Source: Flavobacteriales bacterium | Lineage (GTDB): Bacteria > Bacteroidota > Bacteroidia > Flavobacteriales > Flavobacteriaceae | Assembly (NCBI GenBank): GCA_043772885.1 | Contig: JAYVFV010000079.1 | Coordinates: 1 to 50,734, forward strand | DNA: 50,734 bases | Direction: 5' to 3' | Shown here: positions 17,980-27,758 of the stretch, piece after piece | Layout: each line of letters starts with the position of its first letter | Numbering within the stretch: position 1 is the stretch's first letter | Notes under the pieces: generated by a model | What the model was told of the DNA's origin: nothing | What the model saw: only the letters and a program-made list of their open reading frames with translations | The model's database searches: none | Position numbers and translations under genes: made by a program

Positions 17980-18381
17980 TTATTCTTGTTTATTGTTTAT
18001 TAATCGTATGGCAAATACCGTTTCTATTGTCAAAAATAATAAAAAAACAATGAGAAAGTTGGTTTTTTCTAATCCGGAGTGTGGTAGATTGATTTCTAAG
18101 ATGGGTTTCAAGAAAATATAGGCAATTCCCATTTTAAAAGTCGTTAATAATATAAATGTAAGTCCAACATTAGTCATACTAACTTGGCTTACTTTTATTA
18201 ATATTAAAAGTATTATTGACGACAATAAAAAGAAAAATCCATACAGTTTTGGTAATGTATAAACAAAGTCGGATTCGAGATTGTTTGGCAAAAACAAGTA
18301 GAAAAATATTTTGTGAATTAGTAAAGTAATTGTGGAAACGATTAATAAAGAAAGTATCGGTTGGTATTGTTTTATATTCAT
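17980..18381 (-). CDS. Four-TM membrane protein, AtpI-like / DUF6168-like
   Basis: Four hydrophobic helices; directly upstream of atpB. Confidence 0.7.
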   Translation of the reverse strand: MNIKQYQPILSLLIVSTITLLIHKIFFYLFLPNNLESDFVYTLPKLYGFFFLLSSIILLILIKVSQVSMTNVGLTFILLTTFKMGIAYIFLKPILEINLPHSGLEKTNFLIVFLLFLTIETVFAIRLINNKQE

Positions 18382-18386
18382 TTTAT

Positions 18387-18620
18387 TTATTCATCATCGG
18401 TAGAATTGATGTCTTTTAATTGGCGGTTTAAATTATAGAATGCTAATGCAACTCCTATTAAAGTCAATCCTTTTACATAGATATTGTGTTTGTTTGGGGA
18501 TTTTTCATCGAGCCAATTTCCAAAAAAAGAAAACGCATAAATAATCGCTCCCATTTGAATAGGAATGTTAATAAAGGCAAACCATTTATTAGGACGCTTT
18601 TTCTTCGGTTGATTGTCCAT
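18387..18620 (-). CDS. AtpZ/AtpI family small membrane protein
   Basis: Two TMs with IPIQMG and GNWLDE motifs. Confidence 0.8.
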   Translation of the reverse strand: MDNQPKKKRPNKWFAFINIPIQMGAIIYAFSFFGNWLDEKSPNKHNIYVKGLTLIGVALAFYNLNRQLKDINSTDDE

Positions 18621-18993
18621 TTGCGGCTAGCATTTTAAGATTGGTTTTCATTATGCAGGTTGCGCTGAATTCGGCACCTGGTTCTACAGAAAGCTTTCCG
18701 CAAATGACTTCCCCGTAAATAATGGCTTTCGCTTTTACATTTAAGATTTCGGCAACTTGAATTTTGCCTTCAAACCTGCCTTCAATATCGGCATTTTTGC
18801 AAATAATGTCTCCTTTTACGCTTCCTGCTGGACCAATAACAATTTTTCCTTTTGATTGAAAATTACCAACTAAATGACCGTCCAAACGAAAATCTGCAGG
18901 CGAAATTATTTCTCCATTTATTGTGGTACCTTCTACGATTCTGTTCGTTTTACCTAGAAGGTCGGTGTATGATTTTGATTTGTTGTCAAACAT
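18589..18993 (-). CDS. Bactofilin (polymer-forming cytoskeletal protein)
   Basis: IVEGTTINGEI, FRLDG, VIGPAGSVKGDI and LSVEPGA beta-helix repeats. Confidence 0.92.
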   Translation of the reverse strand: MFDNKSKSYTDLLGKTNRIVEGTTINGEIISPADFRLDGHLVGNFQSKGKIVIGPAGSVKGDIICKNADIEGRFEGKIQVAEILNVKAKAIIYGEVICGKLSVEPGAEFSATCIMKTNLKMLAANGQSTEEKAS

Positions 18994-18995
18994 TA

Positions 18996-21776
18996 TTACC
19001 GCTTTTTAGGTTCTATAGTTGGTGGTGATTGTGGATCATTAGAGTCATTTGATTGAATACTCCCTTTTAAATTTTTGCTATTATTTTCTTCCTGTCCATT
19101 ATTGATTTGTTTTGGATCTTCCGCTTTAACAGCAACTTCTTCTTTAGGAAGAACAATTTCTGGTTTTTCTTTTGCAATCCAATTCGGGCCCGTTCCAGCA
19201 ATATACTCGTCGATATTTTTATAAATCTGAACTATTTTATAGTTTTCACTTGAAATGGCGAAAGCAGCATCCGGAATCTTATACTCTTTATATTCTTTAA
19301 GAATTTGCGCAATTGCGATTACATTTTCTTCCGTTTTAATTCCGTGAATTACAATAAGGTTTCTTTCTTTTGTATAAACATCTGTTGAAACCGTTAGTTT
19401 TTCTATTGTTCTTTCTTTTACAAACTTATTTAATTTGTCTAAAAGCACCTTCGAATCATTTTCGTCGAGCGTTTTAGGTTGGTAAACTATTTTCCAACTT
19501 GATGGAGTAGCGTCATTAAAATACAATGATTCTAAAAGTGGAATTTTTGTTGCAATGAAGTTTTCTGTTTGCTTTCCTTCTTCAACATTAGGATAGGTTA
19601 GTGCCACAAAATTAAGGGCTTTTTTGTATTCTGCCAATCCGTATAACTTCCCAATTAAATTGGCTTTTAACAATTCATACTTTGGCAAAATTTCTTCTCC
19701 TGTAAACTGAACGATAGCGATATCTGTTTTAATTAACGTTTCTCTATAATTCCCATTTTCAAAATCTTTGTACAATTTATTATAAACTACATCAGGTGCA
19801 CCGAGATCTAAATTCACTGCATTATTACTTAACAATTGTGCGTAACGGGAATCGGGAAATTGCGATATGATTCTGGTTTTCATATCCTCCGTTTTACTTG
19901 GATCCGTAATTTGATATAGTTTATACAAATTATAGTAGGTTGGAAGAATTAACCTTTCTTCAGGAGCATTATCAAGTAAACCTTCAAATTTAGTAACGGC
20001 CAATTTATTTTCTTTAAACTTTTCTTTATAGATAACTCCCAATTGAAAATAAGCAAAATTTCTTTCTTTTGAAATGCTGTCTAAAGCTTCTATACTTGTC
20101 GGAATTTGCTTGATATAATAATCGGTCGTATATCTTAGGTCGATTTCTTCCGATTTTTTATCTCCTTTAGATTCTTCTTCTTCTTTTGAATTGCCATTCT
20201 CTGACTCACTAGACAGTCTCCAATTTGCGCCATGTGCTCTTTTCCCCCATTTATTAACAAACTCTTTTTTACCAATAACTACTGTATTTGGATTATAAAA
20301 GTAAAAATCGCCCGGTTTGGTAACAAACGCAGTATTGGTATTTGGTAACGATTTATCGCCTTTTGAAGTTACCTTTTCATCCGATTCAAGCACTTTTGAT
20401 TTTTCTTTACTGTCGCTAGATTGGTTTTGTGCTTTTGCTTCTTCTTTTTCATTTTTGAGTTTTAAGGCAGCATCTTCCTTTTTTAATTTCTCAATGTATG
20501 TTGTATAATAACCTTCTTTTTCTACAGCAGTCATGACGGCAATTTTTAAAATACTATCGTCTCTTTGCGCAATTTCTTCATATTTAATTACGTCTTCAAG
20601 ATTCTCTCTTTTCTTTTTTATTAATTTATATTCTCGAGAACGCGGTTTCATATTTGCCATTGTGCTGTCAAAATATTTCCCAGCAGTAACATATTTAGCA
20701 TTATCAAAATAAATACCAGCTAGGTTTCTGTAATTAGAAGCCATTAAATAAGGATCGTTAGATTTTGATTTTAACGAAGTGTTGTAATATTTTTTTGCGA
20801 TTTCGGATTTTTTATTTCTATCATAAAACAATCCCATTTGATGATTTAATACATCTAAATACGGACGATTTTCTCTGTCTTTCAATAAGGCATTATACTT
20901 TTTTAAATACGCCAAAGTATCTCCTTTTTCAAAATCAAATTGTGCTGATTGTCTAACATGAGCATGAATTACGTACTGTCTTGCCGCTTTTCTTTTCATA
21001 TCAATTACGTTTTGATACGCCGCATATGCGCTGTCTTTGTAACCTATATCTTCATAAACTTGACCAAGGATATAATTATAACGGGCTTTTTCTTCGTTCT
21101 CTTTTGTGAATTGTCGCGCCAATTTTAATTTTGCAACGGCACTATCTTTTTCTTTTAAGTTAAGAAATGCTTGTGCTAAAGTAGCATTCGCATCTGCAAA
21201 AATTTGATCTTTAAATTTAATTTCTTTAAGAAGTTTTCTAAGATTCGTTACCGCCAAAGCATCGTTTTCTAAACGCATATTGGTTTTTTCTCTCCAAATT
21301 TTAACTTCATATATTTTATCACTTTCTGGATATTTATATAAAACATAATTGAATGCTTCTAATGCAGGTACAAATCGTTGATCATAATACCTTGATTTTC
21401 CTAGCATAAGATGTGCTTCATCCATTTGTGGATTTTTTTCTCCGCCGTCAATATTCATAGAATGCTTTTGAATCGCCATAGTAGATTTTGTTTCTGCTCT
21501 GTCAAAATTGGCGTTTTTGGTTTGACCTGGCAAAATTTGCTCTTGTGAAACCTGCATTCTTTCTATAGGTAGTAGTTCCCAAAAATTATCATTATAACCC
21601 GACTTTAATTCGACTATTCCTTTATCAAGTGCTATTCCGCCATTATAAAGAATGTTGTATTTAGAACTTAAAGCATGTGATTTTCTAGAAATAAAAGAGT
21701 TCTTCTTGGTAGAACATGCCACCAAAAAAAGAATAAAACCTCCTAAAAGTAGGTATTTAAATGTAGAGCTTTTCAA
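18996..21776 (-). CDS. sprE: T9SS/gliding motility TPR lipoprotein SprE (PorW homolog)
   Basis: Lipobox LVAC-STKKN; YNILYNG, KAIQKHSM-like, FYFYN and WGKR...NWR motifs; TPR repeats; TTG start. Confidence 0.88.
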   Translation of the reverse strand: MKSSTFKYLLLGGFILFLVACSTKKNSFISRKSHALSSKYNILYNGGIALDKGIVELKSGYNDNFWELLPIERMQVSQEQILPGQTKNANFDRAETKSTMAIQKHSMNIDGGEKNPQMDEAHLMLGKSRYYDQRFVPALEAFNYVLYKYPESDKIYEVKIWREKTNMRLENDALAVTNLRKLLKEIKFKDQIFADANATLAQAFLNLKEKDSAVAKLKLARQFTKENEEKARYNYILGQVYEDIGYKDSAYAAYQNVIDMKRKAARQYVIHAHVRQSAQFDFEKGDTLAYLKKYNALLKDRENRPYLDVLNHQMGLFYDRNKKSEIAKKYYNTSLKSKSNDPYLMASNYRNLAGIYFDNAKYVTAGKYFDSTMANMKPRSREYKLIKKKRENLEDVIKYEEIAQRDDSILKIAVMTAVEKEGYYTTYIEKLKKEDAALKLKNEKEEAKAQNQSSDSKEKSKVLESDEKVTSKGDKSLPNTNTAFVTKPGDFYFYNPNTVVIGKKEFVNKWGKRAHGANWRLSSESENGNSKEEEESKGDKKSEEIDLRYTTDYYIKQIPTSIEALDSISKERNFAYFQLGVIYKEKFKENKLAVTKFEGLLDNAPEERLILPTYYNLYKLYQITDPSKTEDMKTRIISQFPDSRYAQLLSNNAVNLDLGAPDVVYNKLYKDFENGNYRETLIKTDIAIVQFTGEEILPKYELLKANLIGKLYGLAEYKKALNFVALTYPNVEEGKQTENFIATKIPLLESLYFNDATPSSWKIVYQPKTLDENDSKVLLDKLNKFVKERTIEKLTVSTDVYTKERNLIVIHGIKTEENVIAIAQILKEYKEYKIPDAAFAISSENYKIVQIYKNIDEYIAGTGPNWIAKEKPEIVLPKEEVAVKAEDPKQINNGQEENNSKNLKGSIQSNDSNDPQSPPTIEPKKR

Positions 21777-21880
21777 TGTAAAACGATTTTATTTATTAAC
21801 TACTAAAAATTTGTTTTAGTATAACTAACTGGTAAAAATACGTTTCTTTTTGATATAGTGAAATAAAATGTGGTTTTTTT

Positions 21881-21966
21881 GCGTGAGGGATAGCAGTGAA
21901 AATCCTTGTTGTTGTTAGATTGCATCGCAAGCTCGCAATGACAAGATTGTAAAGGATAGCACGCCC
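21881..21966 (+). ncRNA. Flavo-1-like structured RNA/repeat scaffold, copy 2, with a degenerate REP in its stem
   Basis: GCGTGAGGGATAGCAGTGAAAATCCTT...AAGATTGTAAAGGATAGCACGC; inner AGATTGCATCGCAAGCTCGCAATGAC at 21917-21942. Confidence 0.5.
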
Positions 21967-21972
21967 AAGTAA

Positions 21973-22671
21973 TTAAACTGCAAAAAAGGTTTCCAATTCT
22001 TTTAAAGTCTCTGCTGATGTTGGAATGTCTTTTACAATTTCTCCTTTTTGAAGCACTACAATTCTATTACAAACTTCGACAGTGTGCACTAAATCGTGGC
22101 TTGAAACGAGAACGGTTCTATTGGGATTGTCTGCCAATTCTTTGATGATTACTTTTAATCGATTAACAGTTGTTGGATCGAGATTGGCAAAAGGTTCGTC
22201 TAAAATTATTACTTCAGGATTTCCTATTAAAGTCGCAATTATTCCCACTTTTTTCATGTTCCCTTTAGATAAATCACGTAAATATTTTTTGCTTTTTAAT
22301 ATTTCTCCGTTAAAAAAATCTTCGTGTTTCGCTAATAATGCATCGACATCCGCTTTGTTTTGATTTCGTAAATCGCCTATGAAATAAAAATATTCTTCGG
22401 CAGTTAAATAACCAATTAAGAAACTTTCATCAATAAATGCGGAAGTAAATGGTTTCCATTCTTCGCTTGTATTGACTTGAATACTTTTGTTTTTTATAGT
22501 TCCGGAAGTAGGCTGAATTAAATCTAAAAGCAAGCTGAAAAAAGTGGTTTTTCCAGCACCGTTATTTCCTACTAATCCAAAACTTTGCCCCTTTGGAATA
22601 TCAAGATTGGAGATGTTTAATACTTTAATTCCGTTGCTATATGTTTTTGAAATATTGTTTACTTGGATCAT
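21973..22671 (-). CDS. ABC transporter ATP-binding protein
   Basis: GNNGAGKTT, LSKGN signature, ILDEP and SSH motifs. Confidence 0.95.
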   Translation of the reverse strand: MIQVNNISKTYSNGIKVLNISNLDIPKGQSFGLVGNNGAGKTTFFSLLLDLIQPTSGTIKNKSIQVNTSEEWKPFTSAFIDESFLIGYLTAEEYFYFIGDLRNQNKADVDALLAKHEDFFNGEILKSKKYLRDLSKGNMKKVGIIATLIGNPEVIILDEPFANLDPTTVNRLKVIIKELADNPNRTVLVSSHDLVHTVEVCNRIVVLQKGEIVKDIPTSAETLKELETFFAV

Positions 22672-22681
22672 TTTTGGAAAT

Positions 22682-22710
22682 GTTTAGAAGTTTAAGAGTT
22701 TAGAAGTTTA
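22682..22710. repeat. Octamer tandem array
   Basis: GTTTAGAA GTTTAAGA GTTTAGAA GTTTA. Confidence 0.7.
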
Positions 22711-22727
22711 GTTTGAAACTTATTCGA

Positions 22728-24200
22728 TTAGTTTTTTTGTTTGTAGGCTGCAATGGTGGCGTATTTCTCGGTTTTGTAGATTTTTTCAATTAGATTAAAA
22801 ACATAATTTCGGAAGGCAAATCCTAACATTCCTGCCAAAGCCACAAATAGTAATCCGATGTTGGGTGAAAAAAAGTAATAACCTAATGCGTACAATCCCA
22901 TTGGTAATAGTAATTTAGGAACTGCAATTAACATGGTTTTTAAATTAAACGCACTTTTATCGCCAAATGCACCTTTTGATGTATCTAAATCGATTGGCGT
23001 TTTTACAAAGGCACCGCCAAGCATTACTATGTGGGAGTTTACACCAATATTAAAAATGGCTCCAACCACAATTAATAAATAAACATGCAATCCGAAAAAT
23101 AAATAAAAGGAAGCTATAATAGTTGCTAGTAGCGTTCCAATAACCATCAGCCACCATTTCGAACTGATGTATTCTTTGTATTGAATATTTTGACTCATCA
23201 TCAATTGATAATACGCGCTGTCCCAACTCGGAATAAATTGCCCGAAGGTGAATAAAAATCCACCTGAAACAAAAATCCCCGCAAACATTTGCATCATTGG
23301 ATTTTGATAACCTTCAATTGCGTTAGTGAAAAACAACAATCCGTAAAAAACAAAAAGAACGCTCATTATAACGGTTGTTCTCGAACGTTTATTTCTTTTT
23401 AATAATCGAATGTCGTTTTTAAGAAAGGTTCCTAAGGTTCCAAATTGATTTAACCAAGTGAAGTTTTCGGTTTTGGCAATGTCATTTTTCTGAGCCAATC
23501 CTTCATCTAAATTCAAATTACTTTTAAAATAGTTAAAGGCATAATAGTACAATCCAATGGCAGCTATTATCGGAATTAAAAACATAAAATACGTTGCATA
23601 CAATGCCTGGAAAAAAGGTCCTGCGTATATCGTAATATCAAATAAATCATAATATTGAACAATTCCAAATCCAACAACCGCAACCAAAATTGGATAAAAA
23701 ACACTGTCTTTGTTATTGATTAAAATATTGATAAAATTGTTGGTGTAAATCAAAGCTGCAATTCCGATATGCCAAATGATAACATGTAATGGCGAATAAC
23801 CATTCATTAGTAACGTTATTGAAAACGGAATAAAAAACAGCGCATGCGTCCAATTAAAAAAAGACAAAATCGTTTTGCCTAGTGTAAAATGAACAATGGT
23901 AGCTTTTTTTATCGCTAAGATTACTAATGGTTTGATGTTTAAAACAGGCATCTTTTGAAAAAAATACCGAACTAACAAATCGATTACTAAATAATAAATC
24001 AGGAATTTATTGATGGTTAATAGCGGATCTAAATGCAACTCTTTCTTAATTAAATAAAAAGCGCCAACACCAGCGCCAACAAAAATCAACATGAAATAAA
24101 CGGCCAAAAATCCCATCAGAATTTTCATTCCGATATTCATTTTTAAAGAAGCCGAACGCAAAAAGGCCTTCCATTCTAGTGTAAGAAAATGTTTGAACAT
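22728..24200 (-). CDS. DUF5687 family membrane protein, probable ABC permease
   Basis: Polytopic; LEWKAFLRS, LLKRNKRSR and GQFIPSWDS motifs; directly upstream of the ABC ATPase. Confidence 0.8.
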   Translation of the reverse strand: MFKHFLTLEWKAFLRSASLKMNIGMKILMGFLAVYFMLIFVGAGVGAFYLIKKELHLDPLLTINKFLIYYLVIDLLVRYFFQKMPVLNIKPLVILAIKKATIVHFTLGKTILSFFNWTHALFFIPFSITLLMNGYSPLHVIIWHIGIAALIYTNNFINILINNKDSVFYPILVAVVGFGIVQYYDLFDITIYAGPFFQALYATYFMFLIPIIAAIGLYYYAFNYFKSNLNLDEGLAQKNDIAKTENFTWLNQFGTLGTFLKNDIRLLKRNKRSRTTVIMSVLFVFYGLLFFTNAIEGYQNPMMQMFAGIFVSGGFLFTFGQFIPSWDSAYYQLMMSQNIQYKEYISSKWWLMVIGTLLATIIASFYLFFGLHVYLLIVVGAIFNIGVNSHIVMLGGAFVKTPIDLDTSKGAFGDKSAFNLKTMLIAVPKLLLPMGLYALGYYFFSPNIGLLFVALAGMLGFAFRNYVFNLIEKIYKTEKYATIAAYKQKN

Positions 24201-24298
24201 AACTTCTGCTTTTTTTGATTTTAGATTAGTTTATAAAGGTATTAAAATGTTACACTAATTTTCAAACTTTCCATAATTCGTAGCTTCATAGTATTTCT

Positions 24299-24306
24299 TA
24301 CCTTTG
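24299..24306 (+). promoter_or_regulatory. -7 promoter element TACCTTTG
   Basis: TAnnTTTG match 15 nt before ATG 24322. Confidence 0.6.
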
Positions 24307-24321
24307 TAAAAAATTATTACC

Positions 24322-25374
24322 ATGTCGCCTTTTTATAAATTACAGATTAAAGAAGTAAAACGAGAAACTGCAAGTGCCATTTCTATCGTTTTTAATGTTC
24401 CTGCCGAATTAAAACCTGCCTATAAATTTACCGCTGGGCAATATATTAATTTAAAGTTAACCCTTGACGGAAAAGAAATTCGAAGAGCCTATTCTATTTG
24501 TTCTTCGCCAGAAAGTGGTGAATTGCGAATTGCTATAAAATCAGTCAAAAACGGACACTTTAGTAAGTTTGCCAATGACAATATAAAAGTGGGAGATCTA
24601 ATTGAAGTGGGGCAACCCGAAGGAAAATTTACTTTCGAACCGCATTCAAACCATCAAAAAAATTATGCTGCATTTGTTGCTGGAAGCGGAATTACTCCAG
24701 TTCTTTCTATCGTAAAAGCGGTTTTACAAAACGAACCGAAAAGCACTTTCGTTTTAGTATATGGAAATAAATCGCCCGAAGAAACCATTTTTTATAACGA
24801 ATTGCACGACTTACAATTGAAATATGTTGGCCGTTTTTTTGTGCATTTTGTATTCAGTCAAACGAAAGTCGATGGCGAACTTTTTGGTCGAATTGAAAAG
24901 TCTTCTGTTAATTTCATTTTGAATAACAAACACAAAGAAAAAGAATTTGATAAATTTTATTTGTGTGGTCCAGAGGAAATGATTTCGCTTGTTACCACTG
25001 TTTTGAAAGAGCATAATGTTTCCGATAAGAACATTAAATTTGAATTATTCTCTACCTCATCTTCAGAAAATACAGCAGCTAGTTCGCATGATGTCCATAC
25101 CAAAATAACGGTTTTAGTAGATGGGGAAGAAACGGCTTTTGAAATGAGTCAGAAGCAAACTTTATTAGAAGCGGCTTTAAAACAGGGACTTGATGCGCCT
25201 TACTCGTGTCAAGGTGGAATTTGTAGTAGTTGCTTGGCGCGAATAACGAAAGGTACCGCAGAAATGAAAAAGAATTCTATTTTAACAGACGGAGAAATCG
25301 CCGAAGGTTTGATATTAACTTGTCAAGCATATCCAACATCTACAGAAATTTTTGTAGATTATGATGATGTGTAG
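24322..25374 (+). CDS. FAD/NAD(P)H oxidoreductase with C-terminal 2Fe-2S ferredoxin (PaaE-like)
   Basis: RAYSICS, AGSGITP, YLCGP and CQGGICSSC...LTCQ motifs. Confidence 0.93.
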   Translation: MSPFYKLQIKEVKRETASAISIVFNVPAELKPAYKFTAGQYINLKLTLDGKEIRRAYSICSSPESGELRIAIKSVKNGHFSKFANDNIKVGDLIEVGQPEGKFTFEPHSNHQKNYAAFVAGSGITPVLSIVKAVLQNEPKSTFVLVYGNKSPEETIFYNELHDLQLKYVGRFFVHFVFSQTKVDGELFGRIEKSSVNFILNNKHKEKEFDKFYLCGPEEMISLVTTVLKEHNVSDKNIKFELFSTSSSENTAASSHDVHTKITVLVDGEETAFEMSQKQTLLEAALKQGLDAPYSCQGGICSSCLARITKGTAEMKKNSILTDGEIAEGLILTCQAYPTSTEIFVDYDDV

Positions 25375-26420
25375 TCGATTAATTTTAGATTTTTATTTAT
25401 TAATGAAACAATACTTTCGGGCGTAATGGTTTGCATTACATCTTCATAACCCTCCACTTTCTTATTTCCATATACTGATGTAGGCAATAATGGATATTTT
25501 TCTCTGTCCGAAACCAAACAATTTTCTAAAGGTTGATGAAATGGTGCAAACCCTGCATACGGATGTGTTGCTCCCCAAATCGTAATGGTTTTTACACCAA
25601 ACATTGCCGCTAAATGTGCGTTTCCAGAATCCATCGAAACCATGACATCAAGATTGGAAATAAGTTGCAATTCTTTTTCAAATGAAATGATTCCAGTCAA
25701 ATTATAAACATTCGTAAAACCCATTGCCATGGTGTTTAGCTTTTCTTTTTCACGTTTTCCGCCACCTAAAAGTAGTATTCTTAAATTCGGATTTTGTGAT
25801 AATTGTTCGATTACTTTCTGCATCAAATCTAATGGATATGTTTTTCTAATATAGTGTGCAAATGGTGCAATTCCTATCCATTGTTGCTTTTTTTCTCCAA
25901 TTAAATCGAGAATTTTATCTGGGATTTCTTCTTTTGTCAAAAAAGTTGGATTGTTTAAATTAATAGAATATCCTAATTTTTGAAACGTTTCGGCATGCCT
26001 TTCAAACGTTGTCTTTAATGGTTGAAATTGTTTGCTTTTTAATTGGGTTAGCGCCTTTTTTTCAACTCTTCCTTTATCTGTATAAGCTGTTCTTTTTCCG
26101 TTAAAGACAAATAACGTTCGGATAATTTTTGAACGCAAAACATTATGTAAATCGGCAATTTCGGTAACTCCGATTGATTTCAAATCTTTATACAATCGAA
26201 ACAATCCCAATAATCCTTTGTGTCTGTGACGAACATGAGCGGTAAAAAAATCAACATTGGGAATGTTGTAAAAAATGGGTTTGAAGAATACTCTAGAAAC
26301 TACCGTAACTTTCACATCAGGATGTTGCTTTACAAAAGCTAAAATAACAGGAACTATCATTGCAACATCTCCCATTGCTGAAAGTCGTATGACGGCGATA
26401 TGTTTAGTTTGTTCTGACAA
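25359..26420 (-). CDS. Glycosyltransferase family 9 (heptosyltransferase-like)
   Basis: RLSAMGDV, DLHNVLRS and MDSGNAHLAA motifs. Confidence 0.92.
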   Translation of the reverse strand: MSEQTKHIAVIRLSAMGDVAMIVPVILAFVKQHPDVKVTVVSRVFFKPIFYNIPNVDFFTAHVRHRHKGLLGLFRLYKDLKSIGVTEIADLHNVLRSKIIRTLFVFNGKRTAYTDKGRVEKKALTQLKSKQFQPLKTTFERHAETFQKLGYSINLNNPTFLTKEEIPDKILDLIGEKKQQWIGIAPFAHYIRKTYPLDLMQKVIEQLSQNPNLRILLLGGGKREKEKLNTMAMGFTNVYNLTGIISFEKELQLISNLDVMVSMDSGNAHLAAMFGVKTITIWGATHPYAGFAPFHQPLENCLVSDREKYPLLPTSVYGNKKVEGYEDVMQTITPESIVSLINKNLKLIDYTSS

Positions 26421-26432
26421 ATTTGTCGGGAA

Positions 26433-27038
26433 TTACTTTTTATTCTGATACAAAACCGGATTCAAATCATCGTCGTTGTACATTTTCATTTGCTTGTACA
26501 CTTTCATAAATTTATCACCACTTTCAATATCGGTCAGTAAATCATCAATGGCAGTTGATAAATCGGTTCTTTGCTCTAACAATACATTTAACTTTTCTTG
26601 GCATTTATCGCGATGTTCATTTGTAGCTGCTGCGCGATTTGCTTCTTCATTCATGTGATAAATCTTTAACGCCAAAATAGATAATCTGTCTAACGTCCAA
26701 GCCGGACTTTCAGAATTGATTTTTGCCGAAGATTTTACATCTACTGACGCATATTTTTGAAGAAAATAACTGTCAATATATTCTACCATATCGGTGCGTT
26801 CTTGATTCGAAGCGTCGATTTTTCGTTTTAAAGTTAATGCCGCAATTGGATCAATATTGGGATCTCGAATTATATCTTCATAATGCCACTGTACCGTATC
26901 AATCCAATTTTTAAAATACAATAAATGCTCTATTTTATCTTTTGGATACGGATTGTTAACAGGTTGATTTACATTATCGTACCGATGATAATCGAAAATA
27001 CTTTGTTCAAATATAGAATAGGCAAATTTTGAAAACAT
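26433..27038 (-). CDS. DUF4254 domain protein
   Basis: WHYEDIIR, IDASNQERTD, DRLSILALK and YKQMKMYND motifs. Confidence 0.88.
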   Translation of the reverse strand: MFSKFAYSIFEQSIFDYHRYDNVNQPVNNPYPKDKIEHLLYFKNWIDTVQWHYEDIIRDPNIDPIAALTLKRKIDASNQERTDMVEYIDSYFLQKYASVDVKSSAKINSESPAWTLDRLSILALKIYHMNEEANRAAATNEHRDKCQEKLNVLLEQRTDLSTAIDDLLTDIESGDKFMKVYKQMKMYNDDDLNPVLYQNKK

Positions 27039-27056
27039 AAGGTAATAATTTTTTCA

Positions 27057-27064
27057 CAAAGATA
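27057..27064 (-). promoter_or_regulatory. -7 promoter element TATCTTTG for DUF4254-GT9
   Basis: CAAAGATA on the + strand, 18 nt upstream of the ATG. Confidence 0.6.
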
Positions 27065-27104
27065 GTTTTTATACTTTTACCTAAACATACAAATTTTTGA
27101 CTTT

Positions 27105-27758
27105 ATGCAAATTCATTATATTTCTGAAAATAATAGTATTCTCAATCATTTTTTGGCTCAAATTCGAGATGTGAATATCCAAAAAGACAGCATGCGATTT
27201 AGAAAAAACATCGAACGTATTGGTGAAATAATGGCTTATGAATTGAGCAAAACGTTAGAATATAAAGCCATTGATGTACAAACGCCACTCGGAATAAAAC
27301 ATACTACAACCATTGCAGATAATGTGGTTTTGTGCTCCATTCTTCGTGCTGGTTTGGCTTTGCATACTGGTTTTATGACCATTTTTGATAATGCCGAAAA
27401 CGGATTTGTTTCTGCTTATCGACACCATCCAAATAACGATGACCATTTTGAAATATTGGTAGAATACCAAGCAGCTCCTTCGTTTGAAAATAAAAACCTT
27501 ATTTTAATTGATCCGATGTTGGCAACTGGTCAATCGATTGTTGCTGTTTTAAATAAACTTCATTTAGAACAAAAACCCAAGGAAATTCATATTGCTGTTG
27601 TTATTGCTGCTCCAGAAGGAATTGCTTATTTAGAAAAAAACCTTCCTAGCAATTGCCACCTTTGGGTTGCAGCTTTAGATGAAAAATTAAATGAGAAAAA
27701 CTATATCGTTCCCGGACTCGGAGATGCTGGCGATTTAGCGTATGGAAGTAAATTATAG
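27105..27758 (+). CDS. upp: Uracil phosphoribosyltransferase
   Basis: SILRAG, LIDPMLATGQS and YIVPGLGDAGD motifs. Confidence 0.97.
   Translation: MQIHYISENNSILNHFLAQIRDVNIQKDSMRFRKNIERIGEIMAYELSKTLEYKAIDVQTPLGIKHTTTIADNVVLCSILRAGLALHTGFMTIFDNAENGFVSAYRHHPNNDDHFEILVEYQAAPSFENKNLILIDPMLATGQSIVAVLNKLHLEQKPKEIHIAVVIAAPEGIAYLEKNLPSNCHLWVAALDEKLNEKNYIVPGLGDAGDLAYGSKL

Noticed and set aside
8154-26420. TTG starts (flippase, sprE, GT9) and general lack of Shine-Dalgarno motifs
   Set aside because: Expected for Bacteroidota translation initiation.
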